The translations under genes and the position numbers were made by a program. DNA of 61,854 nt, filler included, from Choristocarpus tenellus KU-1152 (Eukaryota; Protista; Phaeophyceae), in the NCBI GenBank assembly GCA_964200185.2. It is 13 parts of 13 records of this genome, joined end to end, with 100 filler letters (N's around TTAATTAATTAA, not from the genome) between each part and the next. Parts side by side here need not be neighbours in the genome. Positions count along the whole stretch, not along the records: positions 49,859 to 53,605 come from CAXNAD020018176.1; positions 53,706 to 59,059 come from CAXNAD020011059.1; positions 59,160 to 61,854 come from CAXNAD020025581.1; 10 more parts are not named here. The stretch is one strand, 5' to 3'. Shown here one piece after another: positions 50,089 to 61,854 of the stretch. How positions within the stretch are numbered: the first letter of the stretch is position 1; each line of letters starts with the position of its first letter. The notes under the pieces are model-generated. The model searched no databases. It had not been told where the DNA came from and was given only the letters and a program-made list of their open reading frames with translations.

Positions 50089-51432
50089 TGTTCCTTGAGA
50101 GACACACCCATATCATCATGATCTCTTTCTTCAGGCTCCCTTGTGAAACACCACCACCAATGGAATCCGTCTCAACCTCAATACGACATGGCACTCTCCA
50201 AGTAGATGGGCTGGGGTGCAGCAGGTGGGGCATGGGATGAGTGTTGAGGGTGAGTGCAGAGGTAAAGGGTGGAGGCACAGCCCAGATCGAGGGGTTGTGG
50301 ACAGGTGAAAGGGAATGTTGGCAACACTATCTGGGAGATGCAGACGGGGCAAGATTTCGGTTTCAGGTGGCATAGTTGTTGAGGTGGGCGTGGGTTAGGG
50401 TCCCCAGTGGGAGAGGCTGGCCGTCAGGTCCCAGTGGTACCTCCTGTAGCGGGCTCTCTTGTCTTCCCTCCCCCCATCCCGGTTGTAGGTGGGAGATCCA
50501 CTCCCCACAAAACCATCGCTATCCTGTGGACCCTGGACAACTATTCTTGCAGTGGCACTTTGTCCTGTTTCATTGCTCGTTGCTCTCCCTTGCCTGTCTT
50601 GTGTCCCGTCACTGGCATCCTCCATCACAGCCCATTCCACTACACCTACTAATTTATTTCATATTATACCCTCTGACATTTTGCAGATGTGTCAGGGAAA
50701 AAGCAAGATCTAGACCATAAGGATCCCTGTATAAAAAACAGTTGTCATTAATGAAAAGGATACCTCTCCAAAAAATATTCACTGTTTGAATGCTAGCTAT
50801 ACAACAATGCTCCCTTAAAGGTTGTAACCACTCCGGAGTACAATGTAATTAATGTGTGCACTGCTGCTATGCCTCTCATCCAGCTTAGCCCTACACAGGT
50901 GGGCGAGGAGGTAGAGAAGCATCCTAAGAATCTGACAGGCCCCTTCTTGCTCATCTGCCTGGTGTCTCTAGCTTGAAACACAATATACATCTCGAAAGAA
51001 CCACTATTGCAGTGACGGACAATATCTATCTTAGATGGGACTTGACAGCCTCTTCCCTAAGATATCCTTCCGCTCCTCTCCACCCTACTGCGTGTGTGAC
51101 TTGCTCATCTAAGAAAATTCCTACTTACTTCCCAAGGCGCCCAAAACGTTTCACCACGAAAGTCTTGAGGTTAAAACTACGAGGGTCAAAAGAAACCTCG
51201 TAGTGGGTGCGCTTTCACTATAGATGCAGTTCAGTACCATCAACTAGTATCAACCGTTGGACTATCCACTACTAATGATTCCTTAGTGTGTAAGTATCCA
51301 CATTGCATGCATAATGCCCTGCGCCCTATGTGATCACGACTTACTATTGCACTCTGCATGGGAACAGTAAGTTTGATCTCTGGTTTTGGTAGATATTCTT
51401 CAATATACAAACTCAGTAAATGACACACACAA

Positions 51433-51693
51433 GAGTGAACCTATCTTAGAGGGTATGAGTTTTGCCCTGTTTGTCCATTTGGGGCATGACTTCCCATGGA
51501 GTATTTATGTTACATTTTCCTACTCCAAAATGTTTCGGAGTAGGTGCAATGTATTCGTCATGAAAAGGTGTGTCCGGAACAAGGATATTGACACTTCTCA
51601 ACAAACATGATAGTCAAAAATTACATCAAAATCGCAACATTGGATTTTGGCCCCCAAATGGACGAGGCCCTGCCCTCTAAGACACTTTAGCTC
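51433..51693 (+). mobile_element. MITE subfamily A
   Basis: Full-length copy, flanked by ACAA/ACAT. Confidence 0.9.
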
Positions 51694-51889
51694 ACATGTG
51701 AGATGAGTAAGGATTAGTCTTGAGTCTCCTTTAATTTTTCTCATTGATCAAACAACCCTGGCATCTTGTGATATAGTTTTTTGTAAGGCGTCGCCACCTC
51801 TTCAGACCTCGAACTCACTTATGCTATAATGTACCTCGTCACAACACTGGATGAGATATATTCGGAGTGAATGCATCCACAACTTTTTC

Positions 51890-52520
51890 CACGAGCTAAG
51901 AAGAGGGGTTATTCACTGGTTTGACTGGACCTAAGCCGGTATGCAGCCTTGGGGGCTGCTATTATTCCATGATCTTCATCGACAACTGCACCAAGATGAA
52001 GTGGATGCGATTCCTGGGCAAAAAGGATGGTGCTGGAGATGCAGAGGCAGATCTCATCTCGGAAGTGGCTGCACCGAGAGGAATGCAAATTGGTTGTATT
52101 TGGAGTGATGATGAGGAGAACTCGTAAGTGCGACTTAAGCAGTAGTGAGGAAGCATGGCACATACGTCAGGAGTTTACTGGTGCTTTTACCCTGGAGTAC
52201 AATGGTGTAGCAGAACAAGTGTTGGGTCTGATTGCTGAGAAAGCAATGGCAATGATGGTTTGTACAGGACTTCAAGGGCCACTCAGAGTGTCGGCTGAAG
52301 CTCAGAATCATGCTTGTCTCCTTAACAATACTTGTGCCACTGGGCCCAATGAAGATTGCATTTCTCCATACGAGCTCTGTCATCATGAACCTAGGAAGGT
52401 AAAAGAACTGCTAAGCTTTGGGACTGTGGGATACATACAGGTGGTCAAACGAATGCACAAACTAGATACGCGAGGATCCAAATGCTTGCAGATGGGAATC
52501 GCTAAGTATTACCTAAGGGG
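51890..52520 (+). pseudogene. Ty1/Copia integrase core fragment
   Basis: LTGP...SLGGCYYSMIFIDNCT...IWSD, NGVAE, SPYEL, FGTVGY and KLDTRGSKC. Frameshifted. Confidence 0.88.
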
Positions 52521-52816
52521 TCGTGACAAGTTCTCTGTTAAAAACCCTTCTTCACAAGGGGACAAGCCTCGACTCAGAGCATGCATATCTTCCTTTAAGC
52601 GTGTTAAGGAATGCCCACAACTTTGTACCAAAACGAAAGCACAACCTAGATATGCGAGGATCCAAATGCTTGCCGATGGGAATCGCTGAGCATCACCCAA
52701 GGGGTCCTTACGAGCTCTCTGATAAAAACCCTTGTTCACAAGGTGACAAGCCTCTACTCAGAGCATGCATATCTTCCTTTGAGCGTGTCAAGGATTACCC
52801 ACAACTTTGCACCAAA
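52447..52816. repeat. Tandem duplication, ~184-bp unit, two copies
   Basis: 52447-52630 and 52631-52816 align end to end with scattered substitutions. Confidence 0.9.
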
Positions 52817-53016
52817 TAACCTCTGACTGTGCACAGCATGTCACTAGGTTCATCAGAATGAATTCACTAGTGCTTCACTTTACTATTATACCCCTTATCT
52901 TCAAACCTATCATTGCACAAGAAGCACGATTAATTCAATCTCAGGTTTCAACAGATTGCAAGCCTCAACGCATAAATAACTTACACGACCTCGTCTTGTA
53001 CTACTTTACCACTTTC

Positions 53017-53444
53017 GAGTGAAAGTATCTTAGAGGGTACGAGTTTTGCCCTGTTTATCCGTTTAGGGCTCGGCCTCCCACAGTTTTTTATGACATTTTC
53101 CTATTTCGGAATAGGTAAAATGCATACGTTTTGGAGTAGGTTTCATATAAAAAAAACATGATAAGGTGTGTTTTGGAACAAGGATATTGACCCTTCCTAA
53201 CAAACACGATAGTCAAAATTACATCAAAATCGCAACATTGCATTTTGGTCTCCAAACGGACTAGGCTCTACCCTCTAAGATACTTTGAACTCTTTTGGAG
53301 TAGGTGTCACGTATTAAACTATGAAAAGTGTGTCCAGAAAAAGGATATTGACACTTCCTAACAAAGACGAGAGCCAAAATTACATCAATATTGTATTTTG
53401 GCCCTCAAACGGACACGGCTGTACCCTCCAAGATGATTTGACTC
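53017..53444 (+). mobile_element. MITE subfamily A full copy (53017-53292) followed by the 3' half of a second copy
   Basis: GAGTGAAAGTATCTTAGAGGG...TAAGATACTTTGAACTC, then GGAGTAGG...GATTTGACTC. Confidence 0.88.
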
Positions 53445-54928
53445 TTCATCACCCCAAATAATCCTACCTCATCGCCATGGAACGCACCCTGAAACTCCCC
53501 ATCTTCTCCAGCGATGATTCCTCATGGGACATACTTAAACTGGACTTCAAGGGAAGCCTGAGCTGTGTGGAGTCTCAGTCCCATCGTGTCCCCATCTTCT
53601 CCAGCNNNNNNNNNNNNNNNNNNNNNNNNNNNNNNNNNNNNNNNNNNNNTTAATTAATTAANNNNNNNNNNNNNNNNNNNNNNNNNNNNNNNNNNNNNNN
53701 NNNNNCCCCCACCCCCCCAGATACTTTGAGCCGCATCAAGATGATGATACAAAGCGGAACTGTTCTTGTGTTAGGTACAGAGAGGAAGTAAATATATCAC
53801 AAAAGTAGGACTGCGCAGCAAACGATTTTGAGGACAAATAGGAGATTCCTGCCAAGAGCACATTGAGGGATTGGTGGATCAGTATGAAAAAAGCAAAAGG
53901 TTATCACCAATTTTGATATATGTATATATATACCACTTTTGTTATAATATTGGTGCCTCATACCATCATACAGCTGTCTCAAGTACAATATGGAGGAGGA
54001 GGAACCTCCTGCTTGTCAGTCCGGTGCTCTTCCAACTACATCTAGTAAAGGGTCAATAGAAATTCGTGAGAAGGTCTGTCTTCCCATGTGCAGCTCTTCA
54101 ACGAATGCAACCAATACAACCAATGCAAGGTGAAGCTTCCACAGGTTCCTCCAAGAGGTGTAGACGTTTTAGGCTTGAAAAAAAATACAGGGTGGTGTAG
54201 GTAGTCCTTCAAGAACCTGCTCTTCCCCCCTGCCATAGGTACCAAACAAAAATGCGCTATATATTTCTTTCTGGTCTTGAGGACCGTTCTTTCTATGGGA
54301 TAGGAATATCTATTACAAACTGGACACTGCGAAGAACTGAAAGGCTATCATCGTAGCCCGAACCACTAGGAACCCTTTACCATAGGGTTAGGGCTTACCC
54401 AAGAGGACCAAACCAGGAAACATACCTTTTCAACACGTATTGTAAAACTAACTCTTCATCATCATTGAACCACAAAACCCCTACAACAGCCATCGTCAAA
54501 CACCTTCCATCTGCAACAAAGGAGCAAGCCTAGATACTGCAACAACTACAACTATGACAAACAACTACAATAATGACAAAAAAAGAAAAAAGAGAACGCC
54601 TCCTTGAAGTGCGCGTTTTCCATCAACTATGTGGTTGTCTTTCATTCACCCTATTCAAAGGTCTCTTCTCCTAATACTTATGTTTAATTTTTTCAATCAA
54701 AATTATTCCCATTATTGTTCTTATGGTTGTCATTTTTTTTTAAATCACAACACATTCACAAACTACATGTAAGTAATCCACAGACTTGGAACAGTTCCTG
54801 GTGGAGGTTGATGCTGACTTCACAGGTGTCTCCTCAGACCCTTAACCCTAGAGTGCTCGCCTCTGCAACACAACAAACATTCTTAGTGAACAAAGCTCGA
54901 CTATTTCATCTCATCCACCTTGTCACCA

Positions 54929-55040
54929 TCAGCTCAGCTCTCGAACAGGAGTCTCTTTCTCCCAAAGATCATGTAAAAAGTCATAGAGTGTCTCACTCAA
55001 TGACACCTGTTTACATCAATAATTGAGAAAGTCAGACATA

Positions 55041-55106
<66 letters not shown>

Positions 55107-58100
55107 TATGACTAAAAAAACAAACTGATAAGACAGAAAAGGGGACTATTTTGGTTGGAGGTATAGTACAATCCTACAGGTATGCAAGACTCAAATGGCA
55201 CTATTAGGGTACAGTAGCATACAAAGCACTTTGAACTGTCTCAGTGTCATGCCAACCCCCAGTTCAAAGCTATCAGAAATCAAGATTGCTAGTCAGTGAA
55301 TAAATATATATATATATATATATATTTAAAAAAAGATTACATTTTATAAATTTCAGTCATGGACCAGCTAAGAATAAAAGTCACTTGTATTGATGGATAC
55401 AATATTCAATATTCATGGGATTTCATACAGAGGTGGGAATGTTCTGATGACCTCTCATGACACACACACATACACACAGACAAAAAGAATATCTGAAAAG
55501 TATGTGAACATGGAGTTGGTTCATTCTTGTTGAACTCTAATCAATTAAATTAGGAGTGGGGACAAGCAGGGTACTGTACTCTCAACAGAGGGATCTACAC
55601 TAGTACAGCAATATAATCAATAATACAGTAAACAAATCAAAGCCTCCCAAAAGAAAAAAAGATAATAACTTCAAATTCGCTGCCAGTGGTGAATGCACCT
55701 TCCTACATGCATATACCTAATCCCTGACAAAGTACTACAAACACCACTCATTAAAAACACAAACACAAACACACACACAGATCGGGTTAGGGTGAGTTGC
55801 GAGAATATTCTTGTAATAAAAACAATAAAATAGAGTACAAGAATCTGGGAGGGAGGGGGTTGGCACTGAGTCTCAAGAGTCCCTCTTCACTTCTTGGGGG
55901 CACTTTTATTGGAATACACAGTATGCAAGTATGGAGTGTATCTTGGTTAGTTGTTGGGAGGACATTTTGTTTTCAGAAGAGGCATGTTATCCTCATGGAT
56001 GACCCTTTTTGAAGGTCTTCATTAATCTACATATATTTTGAAGTAAAGTTGAAAGCCCTCTTAGAAAACTCAAATACACACACAAACTCGAGCTCTCCTT
56101 TTGATTACATTGATTCAAACCTCTGTTCTGTGCTGAGAACTTAGGGTTAGGGTTAGGGTTAGAAACCAGATGGAAGGTCAATCAGCACGAGTCACATAGT
56201 CACCATAATAAAAAAAACATACTATTCATAATAATAAAAAAATTAGTAACAAGAATATACTATTAGCAGAAAATATTAATAACAAAAAGTAGGGTGGAAA
56301 TGTTGAAGAGGACCACGGTACAGAAAGCAGTACAAGTTAGTACCACAATAGTACAAGTTAATACCACAATAGTACAAGTTAATACCACAATAGTACAAGT
56401 TAATACCACAATAGTACAAGTTAGTACCACAATAGTACAAGTTAGTAACAATGGTACAAGGTAGTACAACAATATTATAACCAACAGCAACCTTCTCAAC
56501 TCAACAAGACGCAAGCACTCATTTCCACTGATACTACTAATATTACTGAAATCTTTTCCATCCTCTCACCAAACAAGGCTGACCTTTCTTATCAACACAG
56601 GAAGAGAATCATTACAACTAGAATCATTACAACTACTACATAACCACTACATAACTACAAAAATCATCGTAAACACATAAACATAGCATGCTGAGTAAAT
56701 CCTCACCTTATATGGAGTGGGCAGCAGTCGGCGTAGAGTGTCTTCACGTATCTTGAGAGTATACATATATTTTGTGTAGGGGTAGCACAAGTTGTTTTTG
56801 CTTTTTGCATTGAGTAGGGGACAGCTCTTGTGTTGGACAAACACGTCAATACACACATATGCATACCTGACTACGAAATACCCTAACCCTAAACCAATGG
56901 TATTTTTTACATTGACACGAGTGATGGTACACAATGTAAAAAAAAAATTACTGTATTGAAAGGTCTCTCTCATAACCAACACACTCTTAACTATTCTCAT
57001 TCTAATGTTTGTAGTCCTTTCTTAAATCTCTCTTTTTTATTTTCTATGACAAAAACTACAAAACATCAGTGCAAGAAATAATAATATAATGATACTACTA
57101 ATGAACGAAATGGGCAGGGCAGGGCAGGACAGGACACTAAGCATGCTTGGTTCTGTATGTGTCAGGCAGGCATGTACACAATTTGATGCCATAGAACACT
57201 AATCCCTCCATCCTAACCCCCAAAACTCTACAGATAAATGCCTTTGAAGGTAACATATACTCCAAGTATTACTGATATTATTGTTTTGAATCCATCTTGA
57301 TTTGCTCACCTGTTGTAGACCCCTCTCCACTCTTGAGCGAACCTTCACGAAATCATATCATGAAACAACAAAAACACCAAGATAATATCATGTAATATCA
57401 TATCATATCAGATAGGATAACACCAGAGGTCTTGTCTTGCACTGCCTTTCATCTTAAACAAAAATATATCGATAATTTTACAAGTTAGGGTTAGGATCAG
57501 GTTGAGGATTCTAAAAATGGTCTAAATAGGTGTACTATAGATATTGAAGTCCACAGTACTTCTCTGTACTATTCTTACCATTAGCAATAAAATAATAAAA
57601 TAAGTACACAATAAAATAACAAAAAATAGCTACTATAGGCAGAGTGGTGCGAAAAAGTAAACTATGACAAAAAAAGTTAATAATAAAAAAACACTACAAT
57701 AGCTACTATAAAAATGATATATATAAAAATTGGCCTTACAATGTCAAAATAATGTAGTCACTGTAAGAGGTCGGTCAGTAAGAAACAGAACTGCCAATTC
57801 CTGAGGTGAAATTATCTAACTTTTGATTCTTGCCAAACTCTCTTGATATAACTTTTTGTTGAATAAAATACTGTACTACCTTCATTGGTTTTCAGTTTCA
57901 TACTCCAATAGTCTATCTTACCTACTATGTTCCATCTCCAATCCTAGCCATAAAAGTTAAATCCTTGACCCATTTCAATGGTTGGCAACTACTACAACCT
58001 CCACAGCCTACTTGGCGATCCAAATCCCTATCCCTAAAATAGTATTCTAATGATCAAAATAAAACTACTCTAAACCTAACCCTTCAACCACCACAATAGA

Positions 58101-58921
58101 AAAATAAAATAATATTAATAAAAACTAAAACAAAATACATATATAAGATATAGTGGCCAAACTACAGGCTCATTATCTACAGTACACCTTGTGGTGTACC
58201 CTCATGTGTCCCACCTCATCGATACTTGGAGACTTCATAGTGACTCCTCCAGCCTGTCCGTCCCATACCAGATGGTGGAGTGGGACCACCTTAGAGGGCG
58301 TGACCCTTGCCCTCTTTGTAGCTTCAAACGGATGCCTGGATTAAAAAAAACATACAGAGGAAAAAAGGTAAAGATTAAAATATAAGGACAAATTTGGATA
58401 TATAAGAAAGTTAAAGGGGTTTGGTTCAGAGAGGCAAAAATATCTTCAAGATATGCTATTGAACTATTGAAAATTGTATACTCAAAATGACAAAAGAAGG
58501 TATAGTTGCTCAGGATGTGTTTGCAGTATTTCAATGCAGTTTTACTCTTAGGGACCAAACAAAGTAAAAAAAACAAACTTTAATAACACTCTAATAACAG
58601 GGTGCCACTGCTTTCTGACCACCTCTTATCATGCTTACACCTACAATATTCTCCAAATACTTCATTATTTTATCCAGTACAGCCGTACAGTACTGGCAGC
58701 AAGTGAAATATAAATAAAAATACACTACCAATAAAATTCCAAGGTGCAATGTCGGAAAATAGAGCTCCAGTTTGAACACAATCATACCCTAACTCTAATA
58801 TTGAAAGCAGCAACATTTACACCAACAGAAAATAGACACCATGTCAAATTGGACTAATGGTATGATACCAAGGATCAAAGCAGCAGCAACATCTGCATCA
58901 AGAGAAGAAACATCCACAAAA
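54929..58921 (-). CDS. 3' end of an unidentified protein gene, six small exons: 58921-58840, 58692-58639, 58253-58188, 57342-57310, 56751-56707, 55006-54929
   Basis: Phase-compatible GT-AG splicing gives FVDVSSLDADVAAALILGIIPLVQFDM|YCTAVLDKIMKYLENIVG|AGGVTMKSPSIDEVGHMRVHHK|VRSRVERGLQQ|IREDTLRRLLPTPYK|VSLSETLYDFLHDLWEKETPVRELS*. The exons are GC-richer islands in AT-rich introns. Confidence 0.72.
55043..55104. repeat. (GT)n microsatellite, intronic
   Basis: About 30 GT units, read directly. Confidence 0.98.
56329..56460. repeat. 21-bp minisatellite AGTACAAGTTA(A/G)TACCACAAT, about 6 copies, intronic
   Basis: Head-to-tail units with no spacers. Confidence 0.95.
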
Positions 58922-58988
58922 CTAAATACAATGGAACGTCACCTCCCTCCAACCACTCCCACCCCCTTAGCTAAGCCTACCTTGGGAT

Positions 58989-58990
<2 letters not shown>

Positions 58991-59059
<69 letters not shown>
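58991..59059. repeat. (CTA)n microsatellite at contig end
   Basis: Read directly. Confidence 0.98.
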
Positions 59060-59787
59060 NNNNNNNNNNNNNNNNNNNNNNNNNNNNNNNNNNNNNNNNN
59101 NNNTTAATTAATTAANNNNNNNNNNNNNNNNNNNNNNNNNNNNNNNNNNNNNNNNNNNNAAGAGGGTTGTCACCTTGGCAGAGAAGGGTTTCGAAGGATG
59201 GTGTGATCTCTGTTTATATTGCATCCTGGTGTGTGTCTTATACGTGTTGCAGAGTAATGGGATGGCTTACGATGGGGCAATGCCAGTCAAGTGAAAACAA
59301 TAATCAACACATCCTATGCAACTAGTGACAAGTTTGCGTCATGGAGAAGAAGCAAAAACAAACAACAAACAAGAAGCCAAGCTTGAATCCATATCAAACA
59401 CAACTAATATCCCTCATAGTATGTGTGTATGATGGGCAACGACTGTTCCTATGCTTTCTATCCACTGCGAGTAGTTACAGTGGTTGAGTAAAGTGTGATG
59501 ATGAACTAATGATGGGAATGGGAATAGCGACCACTTCAATGGACGAATCAGCATTCAGTGCGAGCTGACGATGCTTTACTGTATCAAAACAAATCGAATG
59601 AGTAGCCTATGGTTTAACAGGGACAAATGCGTATTGGTTGCTTTGATTTAATAATTCTGCCATGATATCACTAAACATCTGTTCTGCTTTGATTCCACAG
59701 TTTACCATTTCGTTCCCCATATGGTTATTCTACAGAATTGCTAATGGGAGAATTTGGCTTCTAATTTCTTTGCAAAAAGAAAATGTC

Positions 59788-61854
59788 AAAACCCTAATTT
59801 GGACATTGAACCTTCGGTTATTGCTGCTTGAATTGCACCTCGATTGTCTCCATACCAAACCGTGACCCTTTGAGTATGCCAAGCTCCCCCAGGATGCCTC
59901 TGAGGAATACTGCATCCCTCATTCCATGTACCATCACTGTCCAATCCGCTTCTGATGAAGATATGGTTATAACTCCTTGCATCTTTGGATTTCCATGCAA
60001 TTGGTGCCTCATTCAATAGGATTAGGTATCCCGTCATGCTTCGTCTTGAAACAGTGTCATTGCCCCAGTCTGAGTCTCCATACCCGACCAGGCCCCCATT
60101 GTCCATTTCACCACCAGCAGGATAGTGTATCTCTACTTTCATGGTGCCCGCTAGGTATCGTAGAACATGTTGCAACCCTTTCCAATGTCGATTGCATGGA
60201 GATACTGCATATCTTCCCAGTTCCCGCACACTGTTGGATGGGTCTGGTCGTGTCGTCCCAGCTAGGAACATAAGTTTCCCGAGGATGGTGCAGGAAGGTT
60301 TGTACCTCTAGTCCAACTCCTCCTCGTCAGTTCTTCTTGTGGTCTGGTCCATTCCTCGGTTTAAAGGTGATGAGGTAATCCGTAATTCTGTGGATTCCAC
60401 TCCTTCGCGAACAATGCTCTCTGCATTGAAATGTTGGTCTAGTGTGATACCAGTCTCATCCCGGTTGATTGCCACCCCAGCTAACTTGTCTGGGGTCTCG
60501 AGGTCCCGTCCTTCGTACTTGGTAAGCAGATTGCTCTTCATCCTCTATATTTCCTCATGGAAGTTTCCAGTCAACGAGATGTCATCCGCGTAGTGAAAAA
60601 GGACAGAGGTCCTTCCATCTTCACTCATTTTTTCATATAGGCAGGCTTCAAAGTCCCCAACACTCCACCCCTCAGTTAAGATTGCTCCCTTTAGCTCATT
60701 GTATCACTCCATTGCTGATTGCTTAAGGCCACAGGTGGCCCTGGCAGCTTGTACGATGGATCCATTGGGCAGTTGTAGCCATACATCTTCAGGGAGTGGT
60801 GCGTTCAGGTAGGCTTGAGTGAAGACTAGGGAGTTGACGACACAGTTTATTGTTAGCTGCTGCAGCCAGGACTGCCCGAATCACGTCAAATCCCACCACT
60901 GGACTGAATGTACTGAAGTAGTCTACCCCTTCTTGTTGGGAAAACCCCCATGCCACCAGCTTAAAGCTTTCGATGTCTCCATAGGCTGTCCTTCTGATTT
61001 TAAATGTAAATATTGTTTTGACAGATTTCCTCCTTCGTGGCAGACTCTCTCCCTCATGGAAGATTCCTTTGCTTCGTTGGCCCTCCATTTCTTGCTCCAT
61101 TGCCTTCTTCCAGTGTTCTGCATCAGGCCCTGCGAGGGCTTCTGCGATGGTTGATGACTCCTGGTGGTCTATCGAGATGTCACCTGCCACGCCCATCACG
61201 CAGTATTCATCATCCGTGCTTGTTCTGAGCAGATTCACTATATTCTCTACCAGTTCTTCGGTATCTCCAGAGTGTAAACCCCTGTAGTCCACCCTGGGTT
61301 GTTCAGCTATCCTGGCTGACCTCCGTTGCCCACTAGGTGAACTTGTCGAGTTCTTGCTCGTGGCTATTGCTTGTGGTATTGGATCGACTGCAATATCGAA
61401 ATCCCGATCACAGAGTCGTCTTCAGTATCAGAAATCTGTTCATCATCCGTCGAAGTCATGGTCTCTCTCTCTCTCCCACGAAGTCCATGATGTGTTCGTC
61501 CGACTCGAACGTCACGTGGGCTGAGGTTACCAACCTGGCCTCTTCAGGAAGTTAGATGTACCAACACAGTGATGTACGTTTGTGTCCCAGGATTATACCC
61601 CACTTGGCGTATGGGTGAAACGCTCAACCGCTCCCCTCTGCTGCTTGTCCTGGTGAACATAGTGCTAAAGTATCCCCAAATCATCAAAGCATTTCTGCTA
61701 AAGGCTTGGTCAAGATATTTGCATGCTATTCATCTGAAGTAACATGGACAATCCTTATTTGTCCATTTGCTACCAAGTCTCTTAGGAAATGATGCCGTAC
61801 ATCAATGAGTTTTGTCCTACCAGAACTCAAAGGGTTATTTGGCAAATGGATGGC
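59788..61854 (-). mobile_element. Degenerate Ty1/Copia pol (integrase tail, RT, RNase H)
   Basis: EALAGPDAEHWKKAMEQEM, LVAWGFSQQEGVDYFSTFSPV, TRPD...HWKGLQHVLRYLAGT and GYGDSDWG...RRSMTGY. Many frameshifts. It resembles the Copia at 992-1510. Confidence 0.93.

Noticed and set aside
54100-54425. Extra minus-strand coding exons (YVSWFGPLG|LKRLHLLEE)
   Set aside because: They lie downstream of the stop at 54929, so they are more likely 3' UTR or chance splice-like sites.
56329-56460. CRISPR-like array or repeat protein (ORF 56263-56514, LTCTIVV repeats)
   Set aside because: The units are head-to-tail with no unique spacers, the context is an intron, and there are no cas genes.
58841-59107. Poly-Leu ORF
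   Set aside because: It is a translation of the (CTA)n microsatellite and is antisense to an inferred exon.

Overview
This is eukaryotic nuclear DNA, almost certainly from a brown alga (Phaeophyceae), judging from a typical LHCF/FCP light-harvesting gene and intron-rich genes. The window is not one locus. It is 13 short contigs joined by artificial 100-nt spacers (44 N + TTAATTAATTAA + 44 N), so adjacency across spacers means nothing. Six host genes can be reconstructed by splicing: a 14-exon EF-hand/SAM-domain protein, an FCP, a DDOST/OST48 fragment, a complete cytochrome b561-domain gene, a two-exon hypothetical protein, and the six 3' exons of an unidentified protein. The rest is decayed mobile DNA: several Ty1/Copia pieces, a Ty3/Gypsy element, an RTE LINE 3' end, a DDE transposase remnant, a hAT-like element, and a group of related MITEs. 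I found no convincing new multi-gene system. The best leads are (i) three related MITE subfamilies that share a terminal core but show 3-bp versus 4-bp target-site duplications, (ii) AAG at 10 of 24 inferred splice acceptors, (iii) the EF-hand + SAM protein, and (iv) a Copia family with TG...TA LTR ends and a half-tRNA-type primer site. Most entries in the six-frame ORF track are spurious. All assignments were made by eye, with no database search.
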